A DNA stretch of 63,103 bases, filler included, from Basidiobolus ranarum (taxonomy: Eukaryota): the NCBI GenBank assembly GCA_040143965.1. It is 3 parts of 3 records of this genome, joined end to end, with 100 filler letters (N's around TTAATTAATTAA, not from the genome) between each part and the next. Parts side by side here need not be neighbours in the genome. Positions count along the whole stretch, not along the records: positions 21,131 to 42,068 come from JASJQH010000216.1; positions 42,169 to 63,103 come from JASJQH010000217.1; 1 more part is not named here. One strand, 5' to 3'. Shown here piece after piece: positions 40,366-54,175 of the stretch (position 1 is the first letter of the stretch; the number at the start of each line of letters is the position of its first letter). A model generated the notes under the pieces. It made no database searches. It was not told where the DNA came from and saw nothing but the letters and a program-made list of their open reading frames with translations. The position numbers and the translations under genes are program-made.

Positions 40366-41874
40366 CTCTATATGTCAATTTCCCGACTTTTTATTGATGG
40401 CCAGATAGTTTATATTTGCATTACGTTAGCTCTGTAGCCGTAGTTGCAGAATGAATAAACTAATTTCACCAGATGGATGCAACATCCGATTTAACTGATG
40501 TTTACCAAAGCAACGCAAGCAACATCTTTCATATACAAATGATGCCCTTATCACGCGTATTCATCACTGACATTGACAAAAGTATTATCCAAGAGTGACG
40601 ATGGAACGGAATATTTGAAATACACCCAGTGCATCAAGAACAATAAAGCATAAAGAATAAGTGCAGTTGATGGTCATGCAGAGACATTATGAGGTACATA
40701 TTGATGTTTATTATGCATCTTCTGTTATCATTTATAAGATACATCTTACATTTTGATTCGGTTTCAATACAATTCATATATCCAAAGCTCCCCAAGTGTT
40801 TTTCTAACTTTTGGAATACCCTAGAAATGCTCATCTATAGATGCTACTTTCTATTTCCTACCAATATATTGTACTTCATCATCATGGTTGAGTCCGAATG
40901 TAAGTACTCTATTTCAGAAAATCAAAATCACATATAACACTCGTAAGTATCTTAATAGCTCCCAACTGAACTTCAAAACATCAAGCAGAATGTGAAATGC
41001 ACCTGTCTTGATGAAAAGAATCCTGGTAGAGTTTCTTTTTAATAAACTGAAGCCTCGAGTGACCATTGTTGACTCTATTCAACCGGCGGAAAGTTATTGG
41101 CCAAATAAAATTGAGTAGGCCTGAGATATCTATATTACAAATGAATTATCTCTCACTGCAGGTTCGTATTATTAAATCACATTTGTAAGTATTATATCTT
41201 TATCTTCCCATGCTAAGCGAATAATATATATTAAATAGTTTATATTCCAATGACCATGTATTAGAATATGTTGTTAGCTTGGTTGGCTTCCGTATGATTG
41301 ACAACAAGAAGCTATTATGATAATGCATCAGTTTTGAGCATTTTTGCTCAGGATAATGAGAAGGCGGGAAAGGTTGTCTAATATCGATAGTCAGGCTTTA
41401 GTACCAATCTTTTGCCATATGCTTTGGATTATGTTCTAATTGAAGTGTAGATCTCTCAATATCTGTCTTACAGTCAAATGTAGCTAAAAGGTTATGGTGA
41501 ATATTCATTTAGAACTTGCCATTCAATCAAGAGACTATGCAATAGAAGCCTGCGCCATTGGTTTAGAGGTCAAGGTCATGTGATTTTTTCTCCAAATTAT
41601 CAAAAGTTGCTCTTGCTAACTCGCAGTTGTTATCATACCATACAAATTTAGCTATATTTTGCTAATTCTAATTAGACTCGATTTGGTAATATCCAGATAA
41701 AGAACAAACTCTCAGAGTATCGGTGCTTGTTGGTATTGTTGCACATTATATCCGTTAGAATAGTAATACGAGATGAATTTATTAGCCATCAGACTCCAAC
41801 TCGATATGGAGTAGAATAATGAAACTGGTTGTATCTCCAGAGGAGATTGAGAACCTAAATATGTATATTGTTGC

Positions 41875-42068
41875 TGTTGAAATTAGCATTGCCTAAACAC
41901 CTATATAGTCATATATAGCTTAGTATTTAGTTATCCTATATTGAACTAAGATGTCTCCCGTTATTTGGTATCGGAATTTACTTAGAAGTTTGAAGATATA
42001 TAGATTTTGATAACTTATGCTAGAAGCCCCAAACTTTGCACACATGTTCCTGGGACCTTCCTTAACAC
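41875..42068 (+). mobile_element. LTR-like repeat, copy 2 (truncated by spacer)
   Basis: Highly similar to 19236-19448; starts TGTTGAAATTAGCATTGCC and runs into the N gap. Confidence 0.7.
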
Positions 42069-42168
42069 NNNNNNNNNNNNNNNNNNNNNNNNNNNNNNNN
42101 NNNNNNNNNNNNTTAATTAATTAANNNNNNNNNNNNNNNNNNNNNNNNNNNNNNNNNNNNNNNNNNNN
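42069..42168. other. Artificial assembly spacer (N44-TTAATTAATTAA-N44)
   Basis: N run containing a six-frame stop linker. Confidence 0.97.
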
Positions 42169-42169
42169 C

Positions 42170-42400
<231 letters not shown>

Positions 42401-42798
42401 TCTGTTTCTTCGTTTGTGATGATTGTTTGCATACCTTACTCAAATAAACAATCCAATATATTTACATTTGTATATGGCGTACTTTGTATTTTCCTCGCGT
42501 TCGAGTATTCAACGTTGAGGACTGGGTTATTTCGAAGCACCAGAGAGCGATATAAATATATGTATATACTACATCTTACTGAGCCATAGTAAACTGATCA
42601 ATGTTTCTTGATGGCATGATTCGCTCCTTAGCTTCTGATTTGAGATTTGTGCTTGAGTAACATATATACATACAGTGAAATTTGATTCATTCAAGTTGGA
42701 TTTGATGTATAAAATGTGTCCGTCAAAATTCCACTCTCACATCATGCTTTTCCTTAACCTCAGTTAAGAAGGCATAAAATTTTCAAGTAGTAGGTATC

Positions 42799-44573
42799 AT
42801 GGACCCCATTACGCACCTTCATATATTAGCTGAGCCAAGCATATTGAATCCAGAGTACTGGTCTTATAAAGGTGAAGGGAATGCCAACCTTATTCTTAGT
42901 TATCAAGGCCCGGATTCTCTATACGTAAGCTTACCTATCCAATTTACGACTTTTGTGTCAAAGGTGTCTAAACCAATCTCTAGGAAAATACCATTCTAAG
43001 GCTAAAGAAGATAGAGAAAGAGGAAAATAAATCGAAAACACAGGATGACAGCTATACAGAAAACCTTGAATTTATAGATACAGTGATTGGTCCTTTGATT
43101 GGACTTAATTATGTTGGGAAAATGGTAAGACATTTGCTTGTAGCTGACTTTTGATGGATATTTCACCCGGGTAGTCCTCATTCAACTATTCTTTAGTTAC
43201 TTTGTGAACTTCAGAGTGACTTTCTCACCGAGCTATCGAAAAAGATTGAACTAGACCGACCAGAATCCAGAAGATTTAAAACCATAGATATAAAGGAACG
43301 TATCGGTTTGATTTGCTCTGACCATACAAAACTCTCTTCGGCACTTTTTCCACCAGAACATGTTATTTCCATAGAAATCAAGGTAGTTCTTGCACTTTGT
43401 CATGTATGGCCCTCCATCGTGGAAGCACGCATAACTAATATTTCATTTAAAAGCCGAAGTGGGGCTTTCTCCCAAACTCAGAATACATCAGTGATTGCAA
43501 TCAATTAAAGCGAAAAGTTTGTAGATACTGCATGCATCAATATCTTAAATATCAAAAGAATCCAGATATCCAAACAAGGAGTCATTTTTGTCCGCTCGAT
43601 CTATATTCAAAAGACAAAAAACGTGTTAAGAGAAGTTTGGAATGCCTGATTGATACACCGCAGAATAACTTGAAAATCAACCTCAACGATCGACGAATAT
43701 CATTCGAGCAAGTAAGGGTTGCTTATGTTCCTTTGCACTCCATGTGCATCATTTAATCCAGTTTCCCAATGTAAGGAAGAAGATATCTTGCGTGTTGAGA
43801 GTTCATTAGGCATCAACGATTCGAAGAGCGAACCCGAGACAAGGTATTGCTTTCAAAGTACAGTATATCTCGTTTCTCGATTCTCACTGCCTTCCTCGAA
43901 TTAGGAAAGAACGGGTGATTGATTTACTTTCAAGTGCAGTTACGAAGGCGCTGTTGCATGACGGGATTTTGGAAAAGTTGAAAAAATTACAAAGTACTTT
44001 AGACGAGACTGATATAGAGGGAGTTTTCCAAATTTATGACAACCTGACTGAAGAGGAGAAGCTTGAATTGACCTCAAAGCCTTTAGATTGGGAGCCGGTA
44101 GTGAAGCGATATATGCTAAGAATGGACCGAGGAACAGGTATCTTTTTCTATTTCTTTCTACTGGCAATTTTGGCAGACGCTTACTCTTATGATGCAGAGC
44201 TTCCAGAGCGTCAGAATCTATCCAAGGAAGAAAAATTCCAGAGAATTTATGAGTTTATGGTGTCAACGACGCTCAAGGATTGTTCTGTTATGTTGACATT
44301 GATTTCCTCGAAATTCATGCCCTCTCAAAAGAGGTAACATCGTCGCCTTTGAATTTTTTTTTCTTGTAATACTGACATTGACTTTTATCAAGGCATTTGA
44401 CCGATGCCGTCTTTAGTTCATTTGAGGTGAATGACCATCAATTTCTTTATAAAGTAAGAATAGTCGATTTAGACCCCAAATCTATATCAAAGATCCCTCA
44501 CTATTTTAAATTAGACCAAGAAATAGTGGCGTATTTTCGTGAATTGTGCGTAGAAAGGACATGTACACCTTAA
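42799..44573 (+). CDS. IPK1: Inositol-pentakisphosphate 2-kinase, multi-exon
   Basis: YKGEGNAN, IEIK/PKWGF, CRYCMHQ, FCPLDLYS, PQNNLKI, STTLKDCS and IVDLDPK motifs in order across introns. Confidence 0.93.
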
Positions 44574-45003
44574 AAGATCAACACGCTAAGCTCAGTTGTA
44601 TATCCTCCGACCAACTAAAGGCTTGCTCAAAACTTTAACAAATGAAGTTGAACCCAGGTCCATAATAAACTGTTGACATGCTAATTTTGAACGTGCACTG
44701 GCGCCGTGACAGCTTTATGAGCAACACTCTAAAAGTCACTAGCCGAAGCCAAATTAGATTTTGTCAATATTGAGTTTCGAGAACTTCGCTTTAATTCGTT
44801 TGAAAAAATACATTTTGTGGTGCGCGCTGTTTCGAAGAGCGTATACATATGCAAAAGCGCACAAAATTAGACCTTGTGTAAGTTGAATGCGATATTTGTG
44901 AGCATTACGGTGGTACATTACATTTGCATGTATTTTAGCTTAAACCAAAGGTGTATTCTTGTGCATCTCTATCGTTCTCATACTTTCTCTGAGGTGGCGG
45001 ATT

Positions 45004-46186
45004 CTAAATATCCTTTTGAGGAGAGTTATGCTCGTTTGGTGGTGGCGGATAAAAATCTAGTTGAGGTTGCCTCTGATAATTACCTCGAGCACTGGAGTGA
45101 TGAAAGCCTTGGTGATTACTCCAAGGCTGATTTGAGTGATTTGGTGGGAGAGTTGATTGCTCTGGATTATGATGTCCATTTGGTTGTCGATGCCTCCAAT
45201 TATTGGATGCCGGTCTGCCAACATTCCTGGGTTGATACTGTGTTTGCCCTTGAGTATATCTGACGTGATTCGCTGAGTGGTCCCGGGATCCGTAATTCGA
45301 GCGTGAATTTGACTGTTGCCTATACCCGTTGTGATAATTATACTGGTGGTTGGTATGTGCAGCACTCCTTTGACTAGTCTCTAAATTGAATTCTGCTTGG
45401 ATGTAGCTGTAATTTGCATTGATGGGGCTGTTTGCGAGCGAAGTCATAATATGTGAGACGTCAGAGTCAGAATAGTATCCATTAGAAAATGTAAATTTCT
45501 GGGTATCAGTGATAAATATTCTATAAAACCCTTCCTGAAATGTAGGCTTGGTAAGCATTTGTTGAAACTTTCGAAGGATGCCCAGGCCCTCTTTTCCATG
45601 AACTCCGGTGGGGTGTTCTTCACGATTGCGCACACGAACTTCACAGCTCTTAATGCAAAAAAGAAAACAAGTCAACCATTGTTGGTGGTACTTTCCTTTT
45701 CAATAAAGTAACAAAGGGACCTACTTGAAACGAGGTAGCGAAGAAGATTACTTCTGGACATAAATCAAACTCGAAGGCAATCCTTATCCAGGTTTTTCGC
45801 TGTGCACTATCGAAATTGCACCTATCGATGACCACATTTTTCCCCTATAGTACTTAAATGGTAAGATTGATTTATACTGGAGACCTACTTGATATATCCC
45901 ATTTACCTCTGTCAACCATTCATAAGTAAATCTTTCACAAGTGCGTCGATCGCCCATATCATCTTGATTAACCCTGCACCAACTCTAATAAAATTGTATC
46001 AGCAAACAATTCAGCTTGTCTAATCCTGAGTGCTTTGAATACCTTATCATAATAACACAAGCTGTTCGCAAACGTACTCTTACCACTTCCGGGTGCACCA
46101 ACTAGGATTAGAACTTTGGGCTTTTGGGCAGGCTTAAGACTTGGGCCTTCGCTTTGAATTGTTTCTGATGTTACGTGCGAATCCAT
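45004..46186 (-). CDS. P-loop (AAA_33-like) kinase with Q/N/H/Y-rich tail, multi-exon
   Basis: VLILVGAPGSGKST, VNQDDMGDRR, VIDRCNFDSAQRKTW, CEVRVRNREEHPT, PTFQEGF. Confidence 0.85.
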
Positions 46187-47213
46187 TGCTACACCTTGAA
46201 GGTTGTTACAAAGATTTTAACTAATAAAGAAAGATATTGATTTTATCATATTTGATACATGGATGAATTGAGGGTTAGGGTTTACAAGATTGTCAAATGA
46301 GATATTATGGCATGCAATGGCTACCAAATCAAATTTATAGTCCTGTTCCATCAGGTCTAGAAATATCGAGCCTCAGAGTGAAATTAGTGAAAACAGATCC
46401 TGAGAGTGGATTTGAGCCGTATAAATTTTAGACTACTTTATCCAATATGATATATACAGCATTCTAAGGCCCAATAAGCTAGTTCAATTTCCCACTTGAA
46501 CGATATCTTGACATGATTTCCAAGCTCACCAACCGCGCCATGTTCCTTGTAAACATTCAGCAAGTCAGTACAATCAACATCACTTATTCTATCTACGTCC
46601 TACAAAGATGTGACGATATTGAAATAGGCTTAGCACCTCCAAATATCAGACTGATCGTGAACTGGAATGCAATATCGTTGATAGCTATCCGAATAAGTCC
46701 CTAATCCTTCAGTCAAGGAGCCAGTCTAGGAACACTATACTCTCTTCACCCTTGGGCAGTAAATTCTACCGATAATAGGCCCTGTGGTGTCCATATGCAC
46801 ACACGAAGATTTGGCCACACGCTCGGAAAGCTTACAAGGGTTAGTTGGGAGTGCCCATATTGTTTTCTAAGGATCTGATCGATCATCATTACTGGATGGA
46901 TACTCACAGTACATGGATGTGTGATTTAGAGCCAGTACTCCACGGGAATGCAGCATTGCTAGCCCTTAAGACCCAAATCAGTGAATTACGGAATTTATTC
47001 GAGAGTTAGAAGGAATTGGAGTGACCATCAATATTTACGTAGAACACATCCCAATCTCAAGCAAGCAAGTAATCAGCCATTTTGTAACAAAGTAATCAAC
47101 AGTCATTGACGATATTTGGTGGGTTTCGAGCCATCTCTGTATTTATGTACAAATCGGATACTCTGTATTATGGTATTAATCTAATAAATAAACAACAGCA
47201 ACTCTCTTCAAGA

Positions 47214-48662
47214 TCACCAGAGGAAAAATGAATCTTGATCGGTCTGATCTGGAGACTCTTCTTCGAAGTCCGATTCGGAGTCTGGTTCAATATTGGATGA
47301 ATCTTGCCAGTTTGGAAGAATATCCGATAATGGTTTAGGGTTGGAATTGATCGAGTATCCTAACGTTTCTAGAATACTGATTAGCTGGGGGCCAATGGGA
47401 GAGTATTTGCTTTGCTTGACATTCTTGAGCTTTGCCTGTATTGAGCCAGGACCGCTCTTATATTTCATGACAAAGTCGGGTGAGTTTAGGTTACTCTGAT
47501 AGTCCAGGTGACATATCGAACTACCTTGGGTGAATCTACGTATAGAAGTTTCCAAAAAGATGGTTTCGTTAAGGCTTTGAGCATTTTTCGGTAAGAATGC
47601 GATGGTGTTAGGTTTGGTTCCTGAGTCCAATAAGTCTTGGGTGAGTTTCGACTCCAAAGTGTCTTGAAGTTTCCGGAATATCCCCCACCTAGAGGAGCCG
47701 GTTTCGTATCCTTGTGATAACAGTCTGTCGCTTATTTTGTCGGACATCTCTGTCAGCTTTGTCATACTAGGATACTCAACCAAGTACTGATCAAAGGCAT
47801 TCTCAGTGAAGCCCACAAATCGAGTACCACCGTTTCTTAGGGTTTGGAAGTTCGGTCTTGGTGTTAAGCCTGTCTTGAAGTAGTTATCCCACTGAGTAGT
47901 AAACCCTAGACCATGGATCAATTCATGAAGGATGACCGAGAGGAAATCATACTGTCGACGTCTAATGGGGTTCATGTCCTATATATAATATTCGAAGGTC
48001 AAACACAGTGTTCTCAAAACTAGATTGGAATTATATCCTACTGCTTGAAACCAGAATCTAGCTTCTGAATTGAAAGTTGCTTGGATGTCTACACCGCTAA
48101 ACTCTGGCAGCTCTGGAAGCTCCATCTGCTTGACCAATGCTTGGGGATATAGCCTGCGCTTACCATCGCTTCCTTTTAATTTCATACTTCTGGCTGGGCC
48201 AGCATAACCTACAAATACCACTTGGTTAGTATTTTCCACATTAATAGTGGCCATGAATACTAGGATGTGGAATTTACCTAACAGTGATGAGTGGCACCAA
48301 TCCATGTCTTCGCAATAGTTCACATAAGAAGCTTTGACATTCACAGTACGCTTGAATTCAATCACATTGCTCAATATATCGAAAGCTATCTGAAACGTTG
48401 CTCTGGCTTTCTCACAGGTGGCTGGGCTCTCCGTACATCTAAACGAGGATAATCTCATGGAAGAACGCTCTTTATCAGCGTCTTCTGATGGATTGGCATT
48501 GTTCCCTGTCGGGTTGTGGCATTCCACAGGAACGATATAGTTGGGTTCAAAGGAGTTTGGGTGTTCGTAACACAAGCCACCGGCAGCCACATCGTCCAAA
48601 GGAACTCCGGCTCCTCCTGCTATTAGTTTTACAAGGATGGTTAATAGTGCAACTTTATGCAT
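47214..48662 (-). CDS. Secreted putative zinc metallopeptidase (HEXXH), 3 exons
   Basis: Signal peptide, LYPQALVKQ, DIQATFNS, YDFLSVILHELIHGLGF, GSSICHLD, DFVMKY. Confidence 0.8.
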
Positions 48663-50115
48663 CGCACAGTGAGTTAATACAAGAGGTGGGGTTAAAGGGA
48701 AGGGTTAAGTGAGGGATTAGGCGAGGAATCCTTGGGAAAGTTGCCATCCATTTGATTTATATCAAAGACTTTGGCAGCATTTAGCCTATTTTGTTGATAG
48801 AGAATCAATATTTCGGAAAATAAGCTCTGAATGTTTGGAATCAACTGTGATTGATCGAATATCTTCCATACCCTCTATTATCATTATTCGAATGGATTTG
48901 GCACGGAGAATTTAAGGTTTAATCTGCTTTCTCACTGGTTCAGGTTAAGAATGGTCATCAAAGCTGGTTAATCATGTGGGTTATCTATTATCTAACCGAC
49001 CATTAACTTATCTCACCAGGATGATCAACAATGTATGATTTATGAATCCAGGCACACAGGCCCGTCTCCATAGGGGTTATGGCCTGAGGGATAATCTTGA
49101 ACAATACTCGGCTAGTAGTCGTGGTCAATGAACAATGCCAGACCAGATGACTTACCGAACAGCAAGGCGTGCTAGAGATAAGGCCATTTGCATCAGAGAG
49201 TAGAGCGGGCTCAAGTATAGCTATATTAAATGTATGTGATATCCCGTCACAATGGAGATTGTGTTTCAAACGGGTATGATGCATAGTGGATTGTGGGCTT
49301 CGTGGGGAGAATTTTCATCCCACCCCTAGCTTGAGCGCGTATTTGACTTGCTCTTTTGTAATTGGGAGCGTATGTACATGGTTCGGGTATCCATTCAATA
49401 GGAATCATTACGAATATGTAGAGCTAGCGTTCGCTTTCCCACCAGTGGTTGATTTCACGGAGTAGAGTGTGCGATTAATCTTGATTCCCTTTACGTTGAT
49501 ATCCATTGCAAGCATCCAAGCACCGCCACATATAGTGGGGCGTCTCAACCTATTATGTGTTTGGGGAAGTCAATAGCAAACGAGGACAATCTCCTTTGTG
49601 CCAAACAACTCTGTCTGGATCCCAACGTTGGAGGCGATATGATTTCATTAGTAATAAGTAAATATTAGGCCAGATCCAATAGACTGGGATCTGACATGTA
49701 CACAAGGATGATATTGTTGGATTGTGAATGATAAGATGTACCATGGGAAGAAGTGATGGTTTCATATGAAATGTGTAGTCGCAGTTGACAGCTGGTGAGA
49801 ACGCATTATGGATGGGTTACACATGCTACTTATGTGCAATACGGAAACCACTCCCTTCTCAATTCTCGAAAAAACCGGAATTCAGATGGGCACCCTCAGC
49901 AGGGCAATGCCGTGTGGTAACCGTAGTAGCACAAGTGAATAACGTAGACTGTGTTCTGTTGACTTTCCGGCCAGAAATGGGCTATTCAATGCAAGAGGGA
50001 TTTGACAACATTGATGTAGTGAATAAATAATGACCTTTGGTGTTTATTAAGCAAGTAATTCAAAAAGTATTGACTTGCGAGATTTAGGGTCACAAACTAA
50101 CCATACTAGATTTAT

Positions 50116-51475
50116 CTACATGAAGTTCTTTCTTAAGATGGTGCTGACTTGATCAAATACAACTAACAAGATACCACCACCAGGTCCCAACCTCAACACC
50201 TTAGGTACGAATCCCTTGTACAGAGCAGCAAATCTGCAAGCAAGAAGCTTAGTAAATCTATTCTTTCTTGGGGGAAATTAGAAATCATCGCTTACCCTTC
50301 TTCAACATATACAGTCTTCAGGGCCGGAATCGTCCAGTTGTATTTAGGAACAATTCCAGGTGCTTGATTTTGGATTCTAGTTTTGACAACATCGAATGGT
50401 GTATTGAGAAGAGTACCAGCTGTACCACCAATAGCACCGGCAGTAAAGTTACGCATAAGTTCTCCTTGTTTAGTCTGTAGGAAACAATAGCTTAGCTTTG
50501 AACAAACTGCCTGAATCCATATCTAATCTGACCAATAGATCTTTACCTCAGCTTCTGGAAGGGCCGACCTGACACCGTAAATGACACCAAAGTAGCCACC
50601 ATTCCAGAAAGCGTGACGGAAAATCGTGGCCTCTAGGCCCTTGAAGAAAGCGAAGGGACCTTTTGAGAGAGAGCAATTCAGAGCTTATTAGCTTTGTGTG
50701 CAAGTAAATCCTAACATCACCCACACCATACCCTCTTCAGCAAGGATCTTTCTAACACAATCCATGGTTCCTGTATATTTACCAGCCTAGTAGAATTGTT
50801 AGTAAGAACGTGCATATATTAATTAGAGTTTCATCCACATCAATTAATTACACTGTTTTTATCTTGTAAACGGATTTTGACCAGCTCAAAGGAAACAACC
50901 ACGAAAGCCTCAGTAACACCAGCACTAACACCAGTCAGAATAGACAAGGACTGTGTCATTTGTGGCATTCCGAAAAGATTTTTATAAAGAATGCTGTATT
51001 GCTCGTTAGCGGCAAATTTGATAGCACGTTTAGGTGCTTCGACCATAACGGGTGGAGCTATGCCACGATACAAACGACCGAAACTATATAAAGCATTAGA
51101 CAAAGAAACAAGGTGTGAAATGGAATTCACATACCCTTCAGTTTTAATAATCTTTCTAAAGCAATCGACTATGGAAGTGTATCCATCAACGCCACCTTTT
51201 CCGACTTGTAATTGGAATCTAGTTTTAACGACTAAATGAATAAAACAGAGAGGTTAAGTATATGGGACCTTTGAAGTGTTAACTACAACTTGTACCATCC
51301 AGTGGATACATGGTTAGAATTTCACTGACACCAGCCACAGCACCGGCTACGAATTGGAGGTGGAATGGAAGAGCTACAGTACACATATTCGTTAAAGTTA
51401 GATTCACAGAAGATAGCAGTAAACTTAATATTTACGCTTCTGAGATACAACGGGTGTGTTTGGCTTGGTAGTCAT
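50116..51475 (-). CDS. ODC1: Mitochondrial 2-oxodicarboxylate carrier (SLC25A21/Odc1-2), multi-exon
   Basis: PLPFHLQFVAGAVAGVSEILTMYPLD, LYRGIAPPVMVEAPKRAIKFAANE, RHAFWNGGYFG, LYKGFVPKVLRLGPGGGILLVVF. Confidence 0.93.
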
Positions 51476-53341
51476 TGTGAGAGAACTTCAGGAAAAGTCA
51501 ATATTAATAGAGGGGTTTGTAGTTCCAACCAAAATACGTATCAATAGGTGTGCCGCTTGTGAAGTCACAGGGCGTAGTATATATACTGGTTTGTATAATC
51601 CCCAAACTGCATTTAGAGCCTCCCCAAGGAAATCGATTGATGTCAGAAGAGTAGGTTTATCTTTACTTGAATTCAATTAGATCCAAACAAGTGTGAAATA
51701 TTGGAAGTATTGTTAGGCATGAGAAAACCCATCAACAAGCTTACACTAGCTGATGAATACAAATATATGGCATATCGTTTTATGCCCAAGATAAGCTGAT
51801 GAGGTTCAAAGTCATATAGCGTTTCGCCACTATTATCCGTGACGGATCTGTGGAGTGGAATGGATATGACTCATGGTAGGCTAATGAGGGAGAGCGCTAT
51901 TGTAGTAAACGATCCCAATGCTGTTTGACAGGAGACAGATTAGGTAACTAGAACAAACAATGGGATTCCTATCTCAACCACATGCATTTGAACGATAGTC
52001 TTATATTGTGGGCTCTTTAAATAGGCTAATCACGTTGATTGCACCAAACATCGATATAATTGGATAAACTCACATCCAACTTGAGAATTCTCATGATATC
52101 CCGGTTCACTTTGCACCGCTTAACTCTGATCCGTCGCACAAAGCATGCATTCAGAACCATTGCTGCCGACGGGTCTATCTAACGGAATTAGTGATAATCC
52201 CACCCTCATTAGTCTGGGGATAAGTCCGCTTTAGTCTACAGATAATTTGGAAAGAGCCGCATTCAAAGGTGATCTCAAGTACGCAATGGCATCGGAACTT
52301 TGAATAGCAGTTGTTGATGGCGTGATTGGATGTCACCGAACTGAAAGCTATATTCTAGCCGTAACATGTTTGGGGTAGCGGAGCGCATGCACTTTCCGTT
52401 ACGTAACAAGAAAGGCTCGAGGGAGTGAAGTGGCGTGGCGTGGTTACCATTGATATTAACCGAGTCTGAGCATGACAACGGAGCTATTCATAAATAAGCA
52501 GATGATTTCTCCTGCAATTGCACCACCACATCGTTCGATCCGTCACCTAAATCCACAGGTGCTTGGACAATCCTATCGAGAATCACTAGTAAATCTTAGA
52601 TGAGTCGTTCGACAGGGAGAAGTGGTTTGATTCCAAGCGAGGAGCTAGTCACGTGATGCCTTTCACGACACTTCAAAACAGACGCTATGATGTGGTTTAG
52701 CACGATTGCTTGTACTCGAAATGGTAGCGGAGACATACCAAATAACGAAGAATCTGTATTGGTGCAACCTCTTCAGCTAACGATTTGACTGTTAGAGCGC
52801 TACAATAGTGCCAAAGGTACCCTCAGATGCCACTGTGTTTCCATATCGTAGGCGTTGTTTGAATCACACATTAACCGCACAACTCGCGATTCTAGAAGCC
52901 TTAGCGATGCACCATTGTATGCATTGGTGGTTTGTTAGGCATTGTGAGGGAGTGGGATTCACCCAGGTTTCTGCATTCCCCAATTACAGTGCGGAGTATA
53001 AGATTTGATTATTTGCTATCCCTACTTGATTCTGATGTAGTAAAATTATTTCCGCTTTAAGCATAAGTAGATGGTAATAGGTGAAACACCGCTATCCTTA
53101 ATCGTAGGCGCTAATAGGAATGTGCCCGGGCACGCTGCATGGTTTACCTTTCAAAGCTTACAGCTGGTGGATACTTAGTAAACAATCTCTGGATCGATGG
53201 TTTGAATGACTTGGTAGCGATCCAGTGGCAGGTTTACCTACGTCTACCCCGATAACTGTTTCCTCAACGGTGGGTGGAAGAAAGCTATAAAAGACGTAGC
53301 TGCCGTTCCATCAACTGAATTTTATACGCTTATCTTATCCA

Positions 53342-54175
53342 ATGGAGAAATCATGGTGGACATACGCTTACTTAGTCGACTGGACAATTGCTATTGCTCT
53401 TAGTGGCGCGGCCGTTCTATTGCAGGTCTTCCATAACTCTCGACCAGAACTTGATTCCACATTTGTAGTAGATGACCAAACGGTAACAATTTTTGGACTG
53501 TACGCGATCACCCTGATTGTGCCTTTCGTCACCATAGTGCTTTACCAAGGGTTTATTGTGTTTTGGGTGCACTGGATTCGCCGTGCCAGTGAACATCGAG
53601 ACGTTGCAATGATACACGAAATACACAACGGCTTTCTGGGCTTGACTTCTGGGTTCGGTTTGACAGCTATCATCATAGAAAGCATATATATGATATTGGC
53701 GAAAGTACCCAACAGTGCATGCCAGGGGAAATCCGAAAGTGCCAACGAAACAGGAAAGGTGTATCCTTCTATCTATGCAGGATACACTTTTTTAGGAATG
53801 ACCTACTTAGGCATGTATATATCACGCAAAGTCCGTTCCAACAATGCCAGTATCGTGTGGTTATTCATAAACATACTGCCCTTCTTGGTATCGACTTTGG
53901 TTTGCATCTCACAAATCAACCAAGGCCGGACTACTCTCGTTAATGTTCTCTTCGGGATCGTTATAGGAATGGCAATGGCCATATCATGCTACAGGATATA
54001 TTTCAATCCTGAAGGAAATGTAAGAGCTACCATAACGGAGCCTCTGCAAAGGAAAGAAAATATAGAGGAAGGGAGTATTTATTCAAAACAACCCCAAGCC
54101 ATCGGTAAAAGCAGCCCAAGTAGGAAAAATGGGAGTAATTCAAATAGCAAGAACTCATCCATTCGATCATATTGA
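53342..54175 (+). CDS. PAP2/Dpp1-like multi-pass membrane protein lacking catalytic motifs
   Basis: YLVDW, HNGFLGL, YPSIYAG and SQINQGRTTLVNVLFG sit at the positions of PAP2 motifs; about six TM segments. Confidence 0.7.
   Translation: MEKSWWTYAYLVDWTIAIALSGAAVLLQVFHNSRPELDSTFVVDDQTVTIFGLYAITLIVPFVTIVLYQGFIVFWVHWIRRASEHRDVAMIHEIHNGFLGLTSGFGLTAIIIESIYMILAKVPNSACQGKSESANETGKVYPSIYAGYTFLGMTYLGMYISRKVRSNNASIVWLFINILPFLVSTLVCISQINQGRTTLVNVLFGIVIGMAMAISCYRIYFNPEGNVRATITEPLQRKENIEEGSIYSKQPQAIGKSSPSRKNGSNSNSKNSSIRSY

Noticed and set aside
52600-52650. GGTTTGATTCC resembling a tRNA T-loop
   Set aside because: No cloverleaf stems or A-box; no tRNA or rRNA could be supported anywhere in the window.
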